The notes: generated by a model from the sequence alone, not told the origin. Shown: positions 35,480 to 47,184, counted from the first letter of the whole stretch. The stretch is 62,658 nucleotides of DNA, filler included, from 7 parts of 7 records of this genome joined end to end with filler, not necessarily neighbours in it; one strand, 5' to 3'. Program-made: numbers and translations.

Positions 35480-35663
35480 CTGACAACTCCGCTTCACTCA
35501 TATCGACAGGATTGCAGAATGCCTGCATTTCCCGAACAAACTATGACCAAAGCTAGGAGTTTTCCGCCCGGGCGAGCAAGAACTTACCTCAATATGTACG
35601 TGCTTAATGAAGCCCGCGTGTCATTTAAAACACGCAAGCCCAAAGATTTTCCCGTATCAGAGC

Positions 35664-36795
35664 TTATTCAGCAGGCACAGCCGCCGCTTCGGTTGTCAAA
35701 GGATGACTGAGGTTGTTCAGCATCTCTTTGGGGCAAACCTGCAGGAAATGGCGTTTTTCTACCTCCCAATGCTGCAGGATATCCAAGGCTTTGCGGCTGT
35801 TTGTCTCCTCGGCGTGACGTTCGATCAGTGACTTCAGTTGATCGACCCAATGGTCAACGGTCATTGGACATGTCACCAGCGTTTCCAGATTCATCAACGC
35901 CTCGGCCTTGCCGTCGGGGTTATACAGATAGGCCATACCCCCCGTCATCCCAGCACCGAAATTGGCACCGATTTCCCCAAGGATCACCGCAACGCCTCCG
36001 GTCATGTATTCACACCCGTTCGAGCCGCAGCCCTCGACGACAACACTGGCACCCGAGTTGCGCACTGCAAACCGCTCACCCGCGCGGCCGGCCGCGAACA
36101 GGTGGCCGTCGGTAGCGCCATACAGAACCGTGTTGCCGATAATGGTATTGTCATCTGCCTTGAGCGGGCTCACCTGAGGAGGACGCACAACAATCGTACC
36201 GCCCGACAATCCCTTGCCGACATAGTCGTTCGCATCGCCCGACACCTCTAGCTTAAGCCCCGGAGCGGCAAACGCCCCCAGCGATTGACCTGCCGAACCT
36301 TGCAATTTCACGTGCAAATGATCGTCCTGGAACGTATTCCGCATCCCGAAATTCTGCACGATATGGCTGGACACGCGTGTGCCCACGGTTCGGTGCGTGT
36401 TCTGAACTGCATAAGACAGCTGCATCTTCTCACCGTCTTTCAGGAACCGGGCCGCGTCTCGGACAATCTCGGCGTCCAACGTATCCGGCACTGCGTTGCG
36501 ATCCTTGTCGCGGTCATAGACGATATCATGTGCCCCATCGACGGTGATCAGTAGCGGGTTCAGGTCCAGATCATCCAGATTGGCAGACCCACGGCTGACC
36601 TGAGCCAACAGATCAGCCCGACCGATGATTTCGTCGATCGAACGGGCCCCAAGGCTGGCCAGCAATTCGCGCACTTCCTGCGCGTAGAAGGTGATCAGGT
36701 TGACAACCTTGTCCGCGTTGCCAGTGAACTTGGCGCGCAGATCTTCGTCCTGAGTACACACACCAACCGGGCAGGTGTTCGACTGGCACTGACGC
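35664..36795 (-). CDS. gltB: Glutamate synthase large subunit, 3' fragment
   Basis: RQCQSNTCPVGVCTQ, GSAGQSLGAF, GDANDYVGKG, GERFAVRNSG, CEYMTGG. Confidence 0.97.
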
Positions 36796-36895
36796 NNNNN
36801 NNNNNNNNNNNNNNNNNNNNNNNNNNNNNNNNNNNNNNNTTAATTAATTAANNNNNNNNNNNNNNNNNNNNNNNNNNNNNNNNNNNNNNNNNNNN
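36796..36895. other. Artificial contig-joining linker
   Basis: 44 N + TTAATTAATTAA + 44 N. Confidence 0.99.
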
Positions 36896-36938
36896 CACGA
36901 GGCGCGATTCCTGCGTCAGTTTGTACTGTGATTTTCAT

Positions 36939-39900
36939 TCAAAACATCGGAATATCAACAGGCTGACGCATCGGCGGGGTCTCTTGCTTCTGCGTGCGAG
37001 GCGCTTCTGCAGCAGTTGGCCCCGTCGTCACGGCCGGGTCGCGCGGTGATGAGCGCGCGCGCATCGTCGCGAGGTATGGCGGGGAGTCGGAGGGATCTTC
37101 GATGGCGACAATGCGACTTACGCGTGTTTGGCCTATCGAAGACGCAAACGAAGGGGCCATGGCCGGTTCAGCAACTTCAATCGAAATCGTGGCGGACGCA
37201 ACGTGGGGGCGAAGCGCGGCAGGCGCGGCACCGCGGGTCGCACCCGGCAACGCACTTGCTGCAGCGCTGGCCACGGGTGCGATGTCTTCGCGGACCGACG
37301 ATGCTGTAGTATTCCGGGGTTCACTTGGGCTTTCGAGAGCATGATGCTGATCAATACGGCGAGGAACATTCGCGTGTGATGTTTGCGGAACGCGCGGACT
37401 TCCTCCCGATCGCTGAAATACAGACCGGTATGCAACCGATTGCGGACGGCCGAGGTCCTGAGAGCCATCTGGTGGACTGGCGAAAGGGTGGGCGCTCGCC
37501 TCCTCCTCCAGATCACGACTTTCTGCGATCGATGCCATTGTTTGCCTTCGAGTGACAACCAAAGGTCTGTTGTGTTCGCGCACGGGGTGACGTACACTGT
37601 CACCACCAGCACGCGCCGGGCGCGGCATGGGTCGCTGGGTTGCCGCCGCGCGCGACTTGTCTGCCACGGCCACCGTGCCTGCTGTCGCACCGGTACGCTC
37701 GCTTGCCGCCGGCCGTTCTGGTGCTTCCGCGGAGCCAATTGTGGCGCGCCGCGACAAGGCACACTGAAACCGCGCGTTACGCGCCGAGGCTTGCGACATT
37801 CCGATGTGGGGGTAAAAGTTTTCGCGATCGTTAAGCCACAGGTTCACGGCAGTGCTTCCGATCCGGGGTATGGCGTCGCGGCGGTTGATCCGTGCCAAGT
37901 CTGCAAGGATTTCACACTTTGCAATTTTTTCGCCGTCGGCGGGATTTCCCCGCAGCGTTATCGCATGCAGCGTGGTGTTTTTAAGCAGCGCAGAGTAAAT
38001 CGCGTCCAATCCCATGTCGGCTATGCGGTTCGAGGAGAGGTCGAGCTCGCGCAGGGTTGTGTCTTCGCGCAGCGCGGCGGCAAGCGCCATGGCGCCCTGG
38101 TCGTCGATTCCATTCCGCGGCAGATGAATGCTGTTTGTGACAGTTTCGCTTACCATGAGAGCCGCGATCACTGTGGCACCCTGGTGGCCGAGAATGTTCC
38201 ATCCTAACGTCAGGTCAGTCACCTGTCTCCCATTCGAGGCTAACCGGCGAGTAAGCACGGCCGCAGACTTTGCACTCACGCTGGACTTGTCCAAGAATAT
38301 CTTGTCCGTAGAACCGCGCTCAAACGCTTCGACAGCCTTTTGCACGGCGTACACGGAAGCAAACAGACGGTGCGTCGCTTCGCCGATCCAGTTGGCTTTC
38401 GCAGATACTCTAACCGGGCGGTTGACAAATCTCACTGCATCCGCAATGCGTCCACCGTCCTTGTTGGAGAGGTGGCAGTTGTGTACGCTGAGCTCGCGCA
38501 ACTTGTCGCACCGATGGATGAGTGCAGTAATGGCAATCGAGGCTTCACGCTCGGCATGGTTGCCGTCCAAGACGAGTTTTTCCAAATTGGCCGCCGGCTC
38601 GCTCTGCCGCAGCTCCGCGAGCGAGAGCGCTCGCGCCCTCGCACCAGCAGCTTTGGTGCTCAGTTGCTCGAGATCCTTTTCGTGTATGCGGGAGCGTTTC
38701 TCACCGTAGCGATTCTTCACTCGGTCGCTGTCCCTACTAGTACCTCTGTGCTTGTGCTTCGAGTGACGCTCGTAGCTTGGAGGGGAAATGCCAGCGAGCG
38801 CAGATACGAGCACCGACAAACCAGCGGCTGGAATGTCGTTTTTGGCGACGTTGAGCAAGCGCAGGTTTCTGGCGCTCCCGAGCGCATTCGCTAGCTTGAT
38901 TGCACCTTCGAGTTCCATCTTTACCGAGGCGAGCTCCAGCACAGACACACATTCACTAATAGAAGAGGGTAGTTGCACTGGCGCTTGAGGGCGGCTTGCC
39001 GATGGATCGGTGATTCCGTGCGGCGCGTGCGTGCCTCGCGCAGCAGTGCCCTGACGGCCAGTGGACACGGGTGGCGAGCCGTCGTTCCCCGAGGACTCCG
39101 GATCCGACCAGCTGGCGTGCCAATCGGCGGTTTGCTCCCGATCGGTATCACCAACAGCCTTGCCGTAGAGCACATATGTTTGCGCCGCCGAAGGCATGGG
39201 CGAAGAAGCGACGGCAGGAAGCTGAGCGCTTCCGGACGAGCTTGGCGCCTCGGCTTGCAGAGAGGCCGTGCGTGTCTGGGCAGAGTGAATCCTCTCGTCG
39301 AAAACCCGGCGCGGATGCGGGCATTCCCGCTTCATCTCTCGGGCAAGGAGGCTTACACCGCCATGGTGAAGTGGATTGTTACTTAAACGCAGCGAGCAGT
39401 CACTACTGGGAAAGCATGCGAGCGCCTGGATGAGTTTATCAACGCACAGCTCTGTCAACAAGCAGCCGTGGAGCGCCAAGCGCACTTGGCTGTCTCGCCC
39501 TTCGAGCGCCTGGCGTACGTGCGAGATGCCGCTGAACCCCAAGGGGTTGTGAGACAGATCAAAAAATCGCAGATTTTTGCAGTTGGTAATAATTTGTCCA
39601 GCATGCACCGCCGATGCTGCGTCCAGCTTGCACACGCTGAGATCGAGCTCCTCGAGAGCACACGCGGTAGAGCTGGTGAGAGCGTCTGCCAGTTGGCGCG
39701 CGCTCTCCTGGTCGAGAACGTTCCCGCGCAGCGAAAGCGCCTGCAGCGCCCATATTTCCATATTCGTTGATGACACTATATTTGATATGGCAGTGCCTAG
39801 CCGGCAATTCGCCATCGTCACGCGACGAAGCGGCGACGAGCTCCGCACACCGCGCAAGATCTCGTGCGCGCCGAGGTCGCCAAGCGGGTTATCGTCCAGC

Positions 39901-40529
39901 GCGAGGCCAGCGAGCGAAGCGCTAAACTTGAGCGAGTCGGCAAGCAGAGCAGCGCCTGGGGCACCGATACTGCACGAAGCAAGCGTCAGCGTTGTCAGCG
40001 ATGAATGTTCTCGAATCACGCGGGCGAGCACAATCGCACCGTCGTCGTGCAGAGGGTTCGAGTCCAGGTGGAGCGAAGCCAGCGTAGCGCACGAGCGCAG
40101 AGCGCTTGCCAAGGGCCCCAGCGCGGCGCCTGCCAGGCCGCAGCCCCTCAGGTCGAGCCGTTCCAGGTGCGGAACGGCATCCGAAGATCGCGTAAGCAAA
40201 AACGCAAGCATAGTTACATCTCGGGCTGTCAGCTTTGTTTTAGCAAACGATAGATGCCGCAGTTGCGGAGATCCTTCTGTAAGCGCGTCGCACATTTGCC
40301 AGACGTTCCTCGCGTTGTGAAGCTTGAGAGACTGGAGCGCGGTTGCACGCGCCACGCTGCGCGCGTTCGCCGGTGTGCACGTCGCACCGTTCCCCATGAT
40401 GGCACGCGGATTCAGCGAGGCTCGTGCAAGGAGAGCATGCTCGACGTCCTGAATAGCTTCAGTGACGTCATTGCAGTTCCCGTTTTGGGAAGAGTCGGTA
40501 AGCCCTTGCGATGCTTCTGTGTCCGACAT
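36939..40529 (-). CDS. Eukaryotic ribonuclease-inhibitor-like leucine-rich repeat protein, 1196 aa, uninterrupted ORF
   Basis: Many 28-residue LxxLxLxxNxLxxxGaxxLa repeats (LASLHLDSNPLHDDGAIVLA; LRELDLSSNRIADMG) in two blocks, with an S/P/A-rich linker and tail. Confidence 0.9.
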   Translation of the reverse strand: MSDTEASQGLTDSSQNGNCNDVTEAIQDVEHALLARASLNPRAIMGNGATCTPANARSVARATALQSLKLHNARNVWQMCDALTEGSPQLRHLSFAKTKLTARDVTMLAFLLTRSSDAVPHLERLDLRGCGLAGAALGPLASALRSCATLASLHLDSNPLHDDGAIVLARVIREHSSLTTLTLASCSIGAPGAALLADSLKFSASLAGLALDDNPLGDLGAHEILRGVRSSSPLRRVTMANCRLGTAISNIVSSTNMEIWALQALSLRGNVLDQESARQLADALTSSTACALEELDLSVCKLDAASAVHAGQIITNCKNLRFFDLSHNPLGFSGISHVRQALEGRDSQVRLALHGCLLTELCVDKLIQALACFPSSDCSLRLSNNPLHHGGVSLLAREMKRECPHPRRVFDERIHSAQTRTASLQAEAPSSSGSAQLPAVASSPMPSAAQTYVLYGKAVGDTDREQTADWHASWSDPESSGNDGSPPVSTGRQGTAARGTHAPHGITDPSASRPQAPVQLPSSISECVSVLELASVKMELEGAIKLANALGSARNLRLLNVAKNDIPAAGLSVLVSALAGISPPSYERHSKHKHRGTSRDSDRVKNRYGEKRSRIHEKDLEQLSTKAAGARARALSLAELRQSEPAANLEKLVLDGNHAEREASIAITALIHRCDKLRELSVHNCHLSNKDGGRIADAVRFVNRPVRVSAKANWIGEATHRLFASVYAVQKAVEAFERGSTDKIFLDKSSVSAKSAAVLTRRLASNGRQVTDLTLGWNILGHQGATVIAALMVSETVTNSIHLPRNGIDDQGAMALAAALREDTTLRELDLSSNRIADMGLDAIYSALLKNTTLHAITLRGNPADGEKIAKCEILADLARINRRDAIPRIGSTAVNLWLNDRENFYPHIGMSQASARNARFQCALSRRATIGSAEAPERPAASERTGATAGTVAVADKSRAAATQRPMPRPARAGGDSVRHPVREHNRPLVVTRRQTMASIAESRDLEEEASAHPFASPPDGSQDLGRPQSVAYRSVFQRSGGSPRVPQTSHANVPRRIDQHHALESPSEPRNTTASSVREDIAPVASAAASALPGATRGAAPAALRPHVASATISIEVAEPAMAPSFASSIGQTRVSRIVAIEDPSDSPPYLATMRARSSPRDPAVTTGPTAAEAPRTQKQETPPMRQPVDIPMF

Positions 40530-42680
40530 GGATGCGTTGCGCTCGGTGCGCTTGTGGCAAGGCCAGACGAAGCTGTGCGTAGGGACGCGCGTGAGCTGGG
40601 GCGTGTGGGATTCGCGCGGGGCCTGTTGCTTGAGGGGGGCATTGGCCAGGGCCCCCTCGTTCGGCGAAGGCGTATACCCATCTGAGGCAATTTGGTGGGT
40701 TGAGTAGAAGGTGGGTTAGATGGGGGCTGGTCCTAACCCTGCGGGCGGAGCCTATGAGGCAATACGCAGATTTACGAGCGTGCTGCAATGCGCGTGTGTT
40801 GTTACGTTGTTTTAGGCGCGTGCTTGCTTGTCTCGTAGGTAAAGAAAGGCTGAAGCGTGGGCTAGCAAGCAACGAGATGGCACGCAGTGCGCAAGCGCAA
40901 CGTCCGGCTGGCGAAGGCGACGGCGGCCAGCAGGGTTACCAGGCGCTTCCCGGTGCGTGGAAGTGTGCGCGTGTTGATGCAAGGCCGGCAACAAAGCTTA
41001 GGGTTGTGTAATAGTATAAAAACTGCTCTCTAAACTCGGACGGCGGTTTGTGGCGGGAGGTATGTGCTAATCCAGATGCAATCTGGGTTAGCGAGGCTGC
41101 GATGGAATTCGCCCGTGGCGCAAAGCAACTGCCGCAGGTGAGAGTTCAGTACGAAACGTCGGGCAGCTCTTCATTTCTCTGCAGAAGAGTAACCTTGATC
41201 CATTTAGGAGACTAGATTGGTATGTATACAGGCGGAGGAGTACAATCACATTGCCTTTTGAACCATATTTGCGTACTGGCCATCGAGGAAGTTGCTTTCT
41301 GTGGGTCAGCTGTACCGTACGTGTTTCTCCGAGGCACGCGGGCAGTTTATATGCAGGTATCAAATGCCTTTGCCCCGTTCCTGGGACACATGCTGCTCTT
41401 CAAGGGTGCTGCAGGTTAGTGTGCGCAGGTCTTAGGATTTATAAGTGGGAAGCAATGCCTTTCCGGTGCTTGACGACGAAGCTACCCACAGAACGGGAGG
41501 AGATCAGCGCATAGGGGATATGTGCGGCGTTACACTCGCTTTCCTCGTACCGCTGCTGGAGCTTTCCAAATCTTTGGCGGCCTGAGATGACCAACCTACC
41601 GTTACAGGGGATGCGTAGAGACCACACACGGGTAACGCGTTTCCTGCCGTCATGTGGTAGGCAAAGTAGGGTGCAACGATAGTTCGCTTACGAGAGCGAC
41701 TCCGGGCGGGCTTTTGGGAAGCAATGGGAAGCGTCAGTGACTCCCTTCGGTTGACGACTCCGGCTCCTGCCAAAGGACGGTCTTCCTGAAGAACTGAGAT
41801 CACCGATCAAATATCGATCCTCTGCTGAACTTGGCGCAAGCTATCGCATTCACAACGCGCACACAGCTATTTGACACACGATGTGTACGTTTTATACGTA
41901 GCATGCACGAGGATGTTGTCAGGCAGGACAAGAGAGGGGTAAACCGGCCAGATGCTGGGCTGATTGAAGCTTACGATGCGCCTAGTTGATGTTCCCGTCT
42001 TGCTCCGACATCCAGGTCACTTCTCCCCTAAACACGAGGACTAGTCGGCTTCCTATCACTACTCGCACTGATACATGTCTATTCTGTAGAGCCATGTTGT
42101 ACGCTGGCGAACAAATGCCCCATGCATTCTGGCTTGCATGAACCTTTCTTTCCCGATTCTTGTAGTGGAATAGAGGATCAGGGGAAGGGCCACGTCGGTT
42201 CTCTGTTTGTTTCCGACGGCTGTCGTTGCATAGAGGTATGCATCGATCTTTGGGGTACACAAAGAGCAAAGAAAGTAGGGATGGTGCTCGATTCGGCAAG
42301 GTGCGTACTCTTTCATTTCGCTGCCTGTGCTCAAGAAGGCGCTCTCGCTACTCATGTTGCGCACTGCTTGCTTGGTGAGCAAGCAAAAAACAAGAACAAA
42401 AACAATCTGTTGTCCCGTGGACGTTGTATACAGAATGTTCGCAGCTGTTCCTGCTACGCAAGACTACATCGTTACTCTTCACACACCATCATTTTTGCGC
42501 CCATAATCTGCCACACAGTGGTATGCGGAAGAGTGGGAGCGAGAGCGCGCGTGTGCGCGTTGACGGCTAGCTGTACAGCAATGACAGCTAGTTCGATGTC
42601 GAGCGCAGGAGGAGGAGGGAGGAATATAAGGTTTAGCACGCCGTGATATGTAAAATAGTATTTGACGCAGATACCACGAC

Positions 42681-43037
42681 TCATTTGGCTGACCCAGAAG
42701 TAGCATGGGCAGTATTGAGCTCGATATTATTGCCGAATAGGCCTCTCATCGCAACGCTACTCCGAGAAGCTCGACTGGCGACAGGCTTTTCTGTACATTC
42801 GAGGAGAGACACTACAGTTCCTCTAACCATAACTGGAAGAAGAAACAACAGTCCGAGCAGGCACAGTCCTCCTACGACTATGCTGGTAATGTACACATTG
42901 TATGAAAACATAATGTGCAGCGCAGCCATTACCCCGACACAGAGACTCAGAATCGACAGTACCAACGAAAAGGACGGAACGTCGAAGAGAAGCCCGAAGC
43001 GCTTGATGAAACTTTCAATATGTTTCTCATCTTCAAC
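42681..43037 (-). CDS. Probable terminal exon of a eukaryotic membrane protein
   Basis: ttctcag acceptor, then VEDEKHIESFIKRFG, two hydrophobic segments and a stop; upstream exons not seen. Confidence 0.45.
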   Translation of the reverse strand, partial: VEDEKHIESFIKRFGLLFDVPSFSLVLSILSLCVGVMAALHIMFSYNVYITSIVVGGLCLLGLLFLLPVMVRGTVVSLLECTEKPVASRASRSSVAMRGLFGNNIELNTAHATSGSAK

Positions 43038-43342
43038 CTGAGAAAACAAGTGCGTCGATTCGCAAAAAGAGGTGATGGGAGTAGTGGAAAGATTAGTATT
43101 TGGTAGAGCACTCGTGCATACAAAAATAAATTTGTATAAGCAACCCATGTCATAGTTTCAAACACGGTGCAAAAGTGATAGGCACGTGCAAGCATTCCCG
43201 CAGCGAAATGGCACGCACGGTCTCGAGTACATCGTCCGTAGCGAAAAGCCAAAAGCTCTCTTCTGTGGCGTGACAAGATGAGTATAATCGAATTGCTATC
43301 AAATCTCCGCAGAACGGACCTTCTGCTCCGTTTATGTGCGCA

Positions 43343-43366
43343 AGAGAGAGAGAGAGAGAGAGAGAG
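43343..43366. repeat. (AG)12 microsatellite at the contig end
   Basis: Perfect AG run abutting the linker. Confidence 0.95.
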
Positions 43367-43466
43367 NNNNNNNNNNNNNNNNNNNNNNNNNNNNNNNNNN
43401 NNNNNNNNNNTTAATTAATTAANNNNNNNNNNNNNNNNNNNNNNNNNNNNNNNNNNNNNNNNNNNN
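43367..43466. other. Artificial contig-joining linker
   Basis: 44 N + TTAATTAATTAA + 44 N. Confidence 0.99.
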
Positions 43467-44500
43467 ATGTTATCGAGAAACAAAACGGCGCTGAAACCGC
43501 TCGGGCGCTGGGTGCGATGGCATTTGAGGGTAACCAGATTATCCGTCAGCGCATTGAAAAGTATCAGATCGACTGCGACCTAAAAGAAGGCAACTTGTTT
43601 GCTGCTTGTAACAAGAAACAGTGGGAAGGCTTAAAGGAGCAAAAAGCCTTATGGGAGCGCTACGGCCATCAGAAACTTGAGCTGTTGGAAGGTGAAGAGG
43701 TCAGACGAGAAATAGGCAGCGATCGTTATGTGGGTGCGTTGGTGGATCACTCTGGTGGGCATCTTCATCCTCTCAATTTAGTGTTGGGGCAGGCGGCAGC
43801 GTTGGAGTCGTTAGGTGGCAAGATTTTTGAGCACTCCCCCGTGACTCGCGTGGAGCACGGTGAACCGGTGACGCTGCATACCCCCAAGGGTCGCGTGACC
43901 GCTCAACGGGTCGTTATGGCTGGCAATGCCTATTTGCAAGGGTTGCTACCCAAACTGGAAAGCAAGGCGATGCCGTGCGGCACTCAGATCATTACCACTG
44001 AGCCGCTGTCTGCAGAGTTAGCAGCACGATTACTACCTAACGATAAAGCAGTAGAGGATTGTAATTATCTCTTGGATTACTACCGTCTGACCGCCGATAA
44101 CCGTTTGCTATATGGCGGCGGAGTGAACTATGGCGGGCAGGAGTCCGCCAGTATTGAGGCAGCTATTCGACCGAAAATGCTGTCTACCTTCCCAGAGCTT
44201 GGCGATGTCCGCGTCGATTACGCCTGGAGCGGTAACTTTTTGCTGACACTCAACCGCCTGCCGCAGTTCGGCCGCATTAATAGCAACGTTTACTACGCCC
44301 AGGGGTACTCTGGCCACGGGGTAACGTGCTCTCATCTGGCTGGCAAGTTAGTGGCAGAAACGATTAGCGGTGAAGAGACGCGTTTTGAAGCTTTTGCACA
44401 GATTTCCCACCTGCCAATGCCCGGCGGACGGCTGTTACGTGTTCCGCTTTCCGCGATGGGAGCGTGGTTCTACGCCATGCGTGACCGGTTGGCTGTTTAG
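43467..44500 (+). CDS. puuB: Gamma-glutamylputrescine oxidoreductase (FAD-dependent), 5' truncated
   Basis: GGHLHPLNL, AGNAY, VEDCNYLLDYYRL, YAWSGNF, QGYSGHGV; located in a puu cluster. Confidence 0.9.
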
Positions 44501-44536
44501 CGCTGTTTAGCGCTGATTAGTTTGAGGATTGCTTGG

Positions 44537-44572
44537 AAGCGGGCTGGCGAATACGTTCGTCAGCCCGTTTTT
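44537..44572 (+). terminator. Rho-independent terminator after puuB
   Basis: aagcgggctggcgaa-tacg-ttcgtcagcccgttt-tt. Confidence 0.85.
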
Positions 44573-44656
44573 ATTTGCCACGGATGCTCACGGATAACAC
44601 GGCATAAAAAGCTAATAGAAGGACGGGGATAGCAGCATAAGATAGGCAGAAGCAAT

Positions 44657-44686
44657 AAAAGAGAGACGCCGAGCAGCGCCTCTCTC
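44657..44686 (-). terminator. Rho-independent terminator after puuA
   Basis: Minus strand agagaggcgc-tgctcg-gcgtctctct followed by T-tract. Confidence 0.75.
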
Positions 44687-44722
44687 TATTCTCTTGGTGG
44701 GTTCTATTGGTGGTTTATCAGC

Positions 44723-46111
44723 TTATACGTGGCGCAGGTACCAGTCATACTCCATGGCACTGACTTCGCGCATGGTTTCGGCGCGCTCTGCTTGGCGGTT
44801 GGCAATGAACACTTCAATAAAGTCTTCGCCAAGCTGTTCGCCAAGTACACGGTTGTTGCTTAACAGGTGCAGCGCTTGGGTCCAGCTGTTAGTTAGCTGG
44901 GGTGCGATTTGGTCATAGGCGTTGCCGATGATTGGCTCCGCAGGTGTAGTCTGCTGAGTTAGGCCATGGTGGATAGAGGCCAGTACGGTGGCCAGTAACA
45001 AGTAGGGATTAACATCGGCACCCGCTACGCGGTGTTCTATGCGCCGCGCTTCTTTTGGCCCGGCGGGAACGCGTATGGCCACAGAGCGGTTATCGTATCC
45101 CCAGGTAGGTGCCAAGGGCACATAGAGTCCTTCCTGAAAACGGCGGAACGAGTTTAGGTTGGGAGCCAGCAGTGCCATGGAGTCTGGCATCAGCTCCAGC
45201 AGTCCTCCTACGGCGTGTTGCAGTGCGGTGCTCTCCAGCGGATCGTCGCCGTTTTCGGCAAAGATATTGTGTCCGTTGCTATCTACCAGACTGACGTGAA
45301 CATGGGTGCCGCTACCCGCTTCTAAGCCGTAAGGCTTGGCCATAAAGGTAGCTTCAAAGCCGTGCTTTAATGCAACGCCCTTGATCAATCGCTTGAGTAG
45401 TACCGAGTGGTCGCAGGCGCTTAACGCATCATCTGTGTGAATCAGATTGGCTTCAAACTGGCCGGGTGCACACTCTTTCAATACCGTATCCAGCGGCAAG
45501 CCTTGCGCCTGGGCGGCACTCTGCAAGTCATTGATAAACTCAGCGTACTCGTCTAGCTCAAGCACCGAATACAGCTGACTTTGAGTGGCCCGCTCGCCGC
45601 TGCAGGGAGACTGCGGTGGCTGAATCAAGTTTTCTTCGTCGCGTAAACGATCAACCAGATAAAACTCTAACTCAAGGGCGACGACAGGGGTTAAACCACG
45701 CTCGGAGAACTGCTCAAGAATGCGCCGCAGAATCTGGCGAGGATCGGCAAAAAATGGCGCACCGTCCATCTCCTCCATGGTCATCAATAGCTGGCCATAC
45801 TGGTTGTTATTCATCCAGGTGACCGGATTGAGCGTGCCCGGAATGGCGCGACATACGCGGTCGCCGTCGCCGCTGGAAAGCCCCAGCCCCGTCTCTTCAA
45901 CGGTGTTGCCATTGATGTCCAACGCAAATACCGAAGCAGGCAAATAGATGCCTTTTTCAAACACTTTACCAAGGTTATCGCTAGGGATGCGTTTACCACG
46001 AATGACGCCGTTAAGATCACTGATTAACAAGTCAATGCTGGTGATCTCTGGGTGACTGTCAAGAAAGTCCGAGGCTACGTTTTGAGCGTCTGTGTTATTG
46101 GCAGAGGACAT
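44723..46111 (-). CDS. puuA: Gamma-glutamylputrescine synthetase (glutamine synthetase family)
   Basis: DLNGVIRGKRI, LELEFYL, ECAPGQFE, TFMAKP, GSGTHVHVSL, WGYDNR, IEHRVAGADVNPY; likely start ATG 46111. Confidence 0.92.
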   Translation of the reverse strand: MSSANNTDAQNVASDFLDSHPEITSIDLLISDLNGVIRGKRIPSDNLGKVFEKGIYLPASVFALDINGNTVEETGLGLSSGDGDRVCRAIPGTLNPVTWMNNNQYGQLLMTMEEMDGAPFFADPRQILRRILEQFSERGLTPVVALELEFYLVDRLRDEENLIQPPQSPCSGERATQSQLYSVLELDEYAEFINDLQSAAQAQGLPLDTVLKECAPGQFEANLIHTDDALSACDHSVLLKRLIKGVALKHGFEATFMAKPYGLEAGSGTHVHVSLVDSNGHNIFAENGDDPLESTALQHAVGGLLELMPDSMALLAPNLNSFRRFQEGLYVPLAPTWGYDNRSVAIRVPAGPKEARRIEHRVAGADVNPYLLLATVLASIHHGLTQQTTPAEPIIGNAYDQIAPQLTNSWTQALHLLSNNRVLGEQLGEDFIEVFIANRQAERAETMREVSAMEYDWYLRHV

Positions 46112-46377
46112 ACGTTGTACCTTATTTTTATGCCGTTTTAGTTGTGTTTCTGCTAACAGTATCCTTGCTTCGGTAGCCGCCTGTGTCAAATATTTAATAA
46201 CAAAAATAGTGTCATTATTTTTTGTCGGTAACGGATGTGTTTTTTAATTCGTTGTTTATCAATGATTTAATATGTTTTTTCATAAAAATGCTATTTTGCT
46301 ATTGGAAAATAAAACAAGCCACGCTATGTTGAAGTGACTGTTGAATAAAACATAACAACTGACAAAGTGGTTTGACT
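46112..46377. promoter_or_regulatory. Divergent AT-rich puuA/puuD promoter region with two candidate operators
   Basis: TTGGAA-17-TATGTT (46302-46330) toward puuD; TTGACA on the minus strand (46189-46184) toward puuA; related 19-mers TGTCAAATATTTAATAACA (46184-46202) and TGTTGAATAAAACATAACA (46339-46357). Confidence 0.6.
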
Positions 46378-47184
46378 ATGCAAGCAACGCATTCCCCACG
46401 CCCACTGGTGGGTGTTATCGCCTGCTGCCGAGAAGTGGAAGGCCATCCCGCGCAGATAGTGACCGATAAATTCCTGCAGGCGCTTTACCACTACGGCATC
46501 ACGCCGGTGATTCTTCCTGTGTTAGCCGCCGATACATTGACGCCCGAGCAGCATGCTGAACAGGCCATTGCTCTGTTGGGCAGCCTGGATGGCTTGCTGC
46601 TAACTGGCAGTTATACCAACGTCGCTCCTGACCGCTATGGTGCAGAACGCGCCCCAGAGAATACCCGTGCTGACGCACGGCGCGATGAAGCGGCACTTTG
46701 CTGGGTGCACGAGGCATTACGTCAGGCGTTGCCTCTATTTGGCATTTGTCGCGGCTTTCAGGAAATGAATGTCGCCTTTGGAGGCACCCTTCATCAGGCA
46801 GTTCAAACGCTACCAGGCATGCTCGATCATCGTGAGCCGCCCGCTGACGACATGGCGGGCCATTATGCGCCCTCTCATACGGTAAAGATCCGCCCGGATG
46901 GCGCCCTGGCGGCGCTCTATAGCAGCGAGCATGCTGAGGTGAATTCACTGCACCAGCAGGGGATTGATCAGCTTGCACCAGGTCTGGATGCAGAAGCCTG
47001 GGCACCTGATGGATTAGTTGAAGCGATTTCGGTGCGCGACGCTGCTGCGTTCGCCCTGGCTGTGCAGTGGCATCCGGAGTGGCGCCCTAAAGAACACCCT
47101 TTCTATGACGCACTCTTTCAGGGGTTTGCGGCGGCCTGCCGTCAGCATCGTACCCAACGCGCCGCCCAGCCAGTTAATAGCTGA
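46378..47184 (+). CDS. puuD: Gamma-glutamyl-GABA hydrolase (peptidase C26)
   Basis: GLLLTGS, GICRGFQE, VNSLHQQG, VQWHPE. Confidence 0.93.
   Translation: MQATHSPRPLVGVIACCREVEGHPAQIVTDKFLQALYHYGITPVILPVLAADTLTPEQHAEQAIALLGSLDGLLLTGSYTNVAPDRYGAERAPENTRADARRDEAALCWVHEALRQALPLFGICRGFQEMNVAFGGTLHQAVQTLPGMLDHREPPADDMAGHYAPSHTVKIRPDGALAALYSSEHAEVNSLHQQGIDQLAPGLDAEAWAPDGLVEAISVRDAAAFALAVQWHPEWRPKEHPFYDALFQGFAAACRQHRTQRAAQPVNS

Noticed and set aside
44492-44520. Three near-tandem 10-mers (gctgtttagc) at the puuB stop
   Set aside because: A short slippage duplication of the stop region, with no sign of function.
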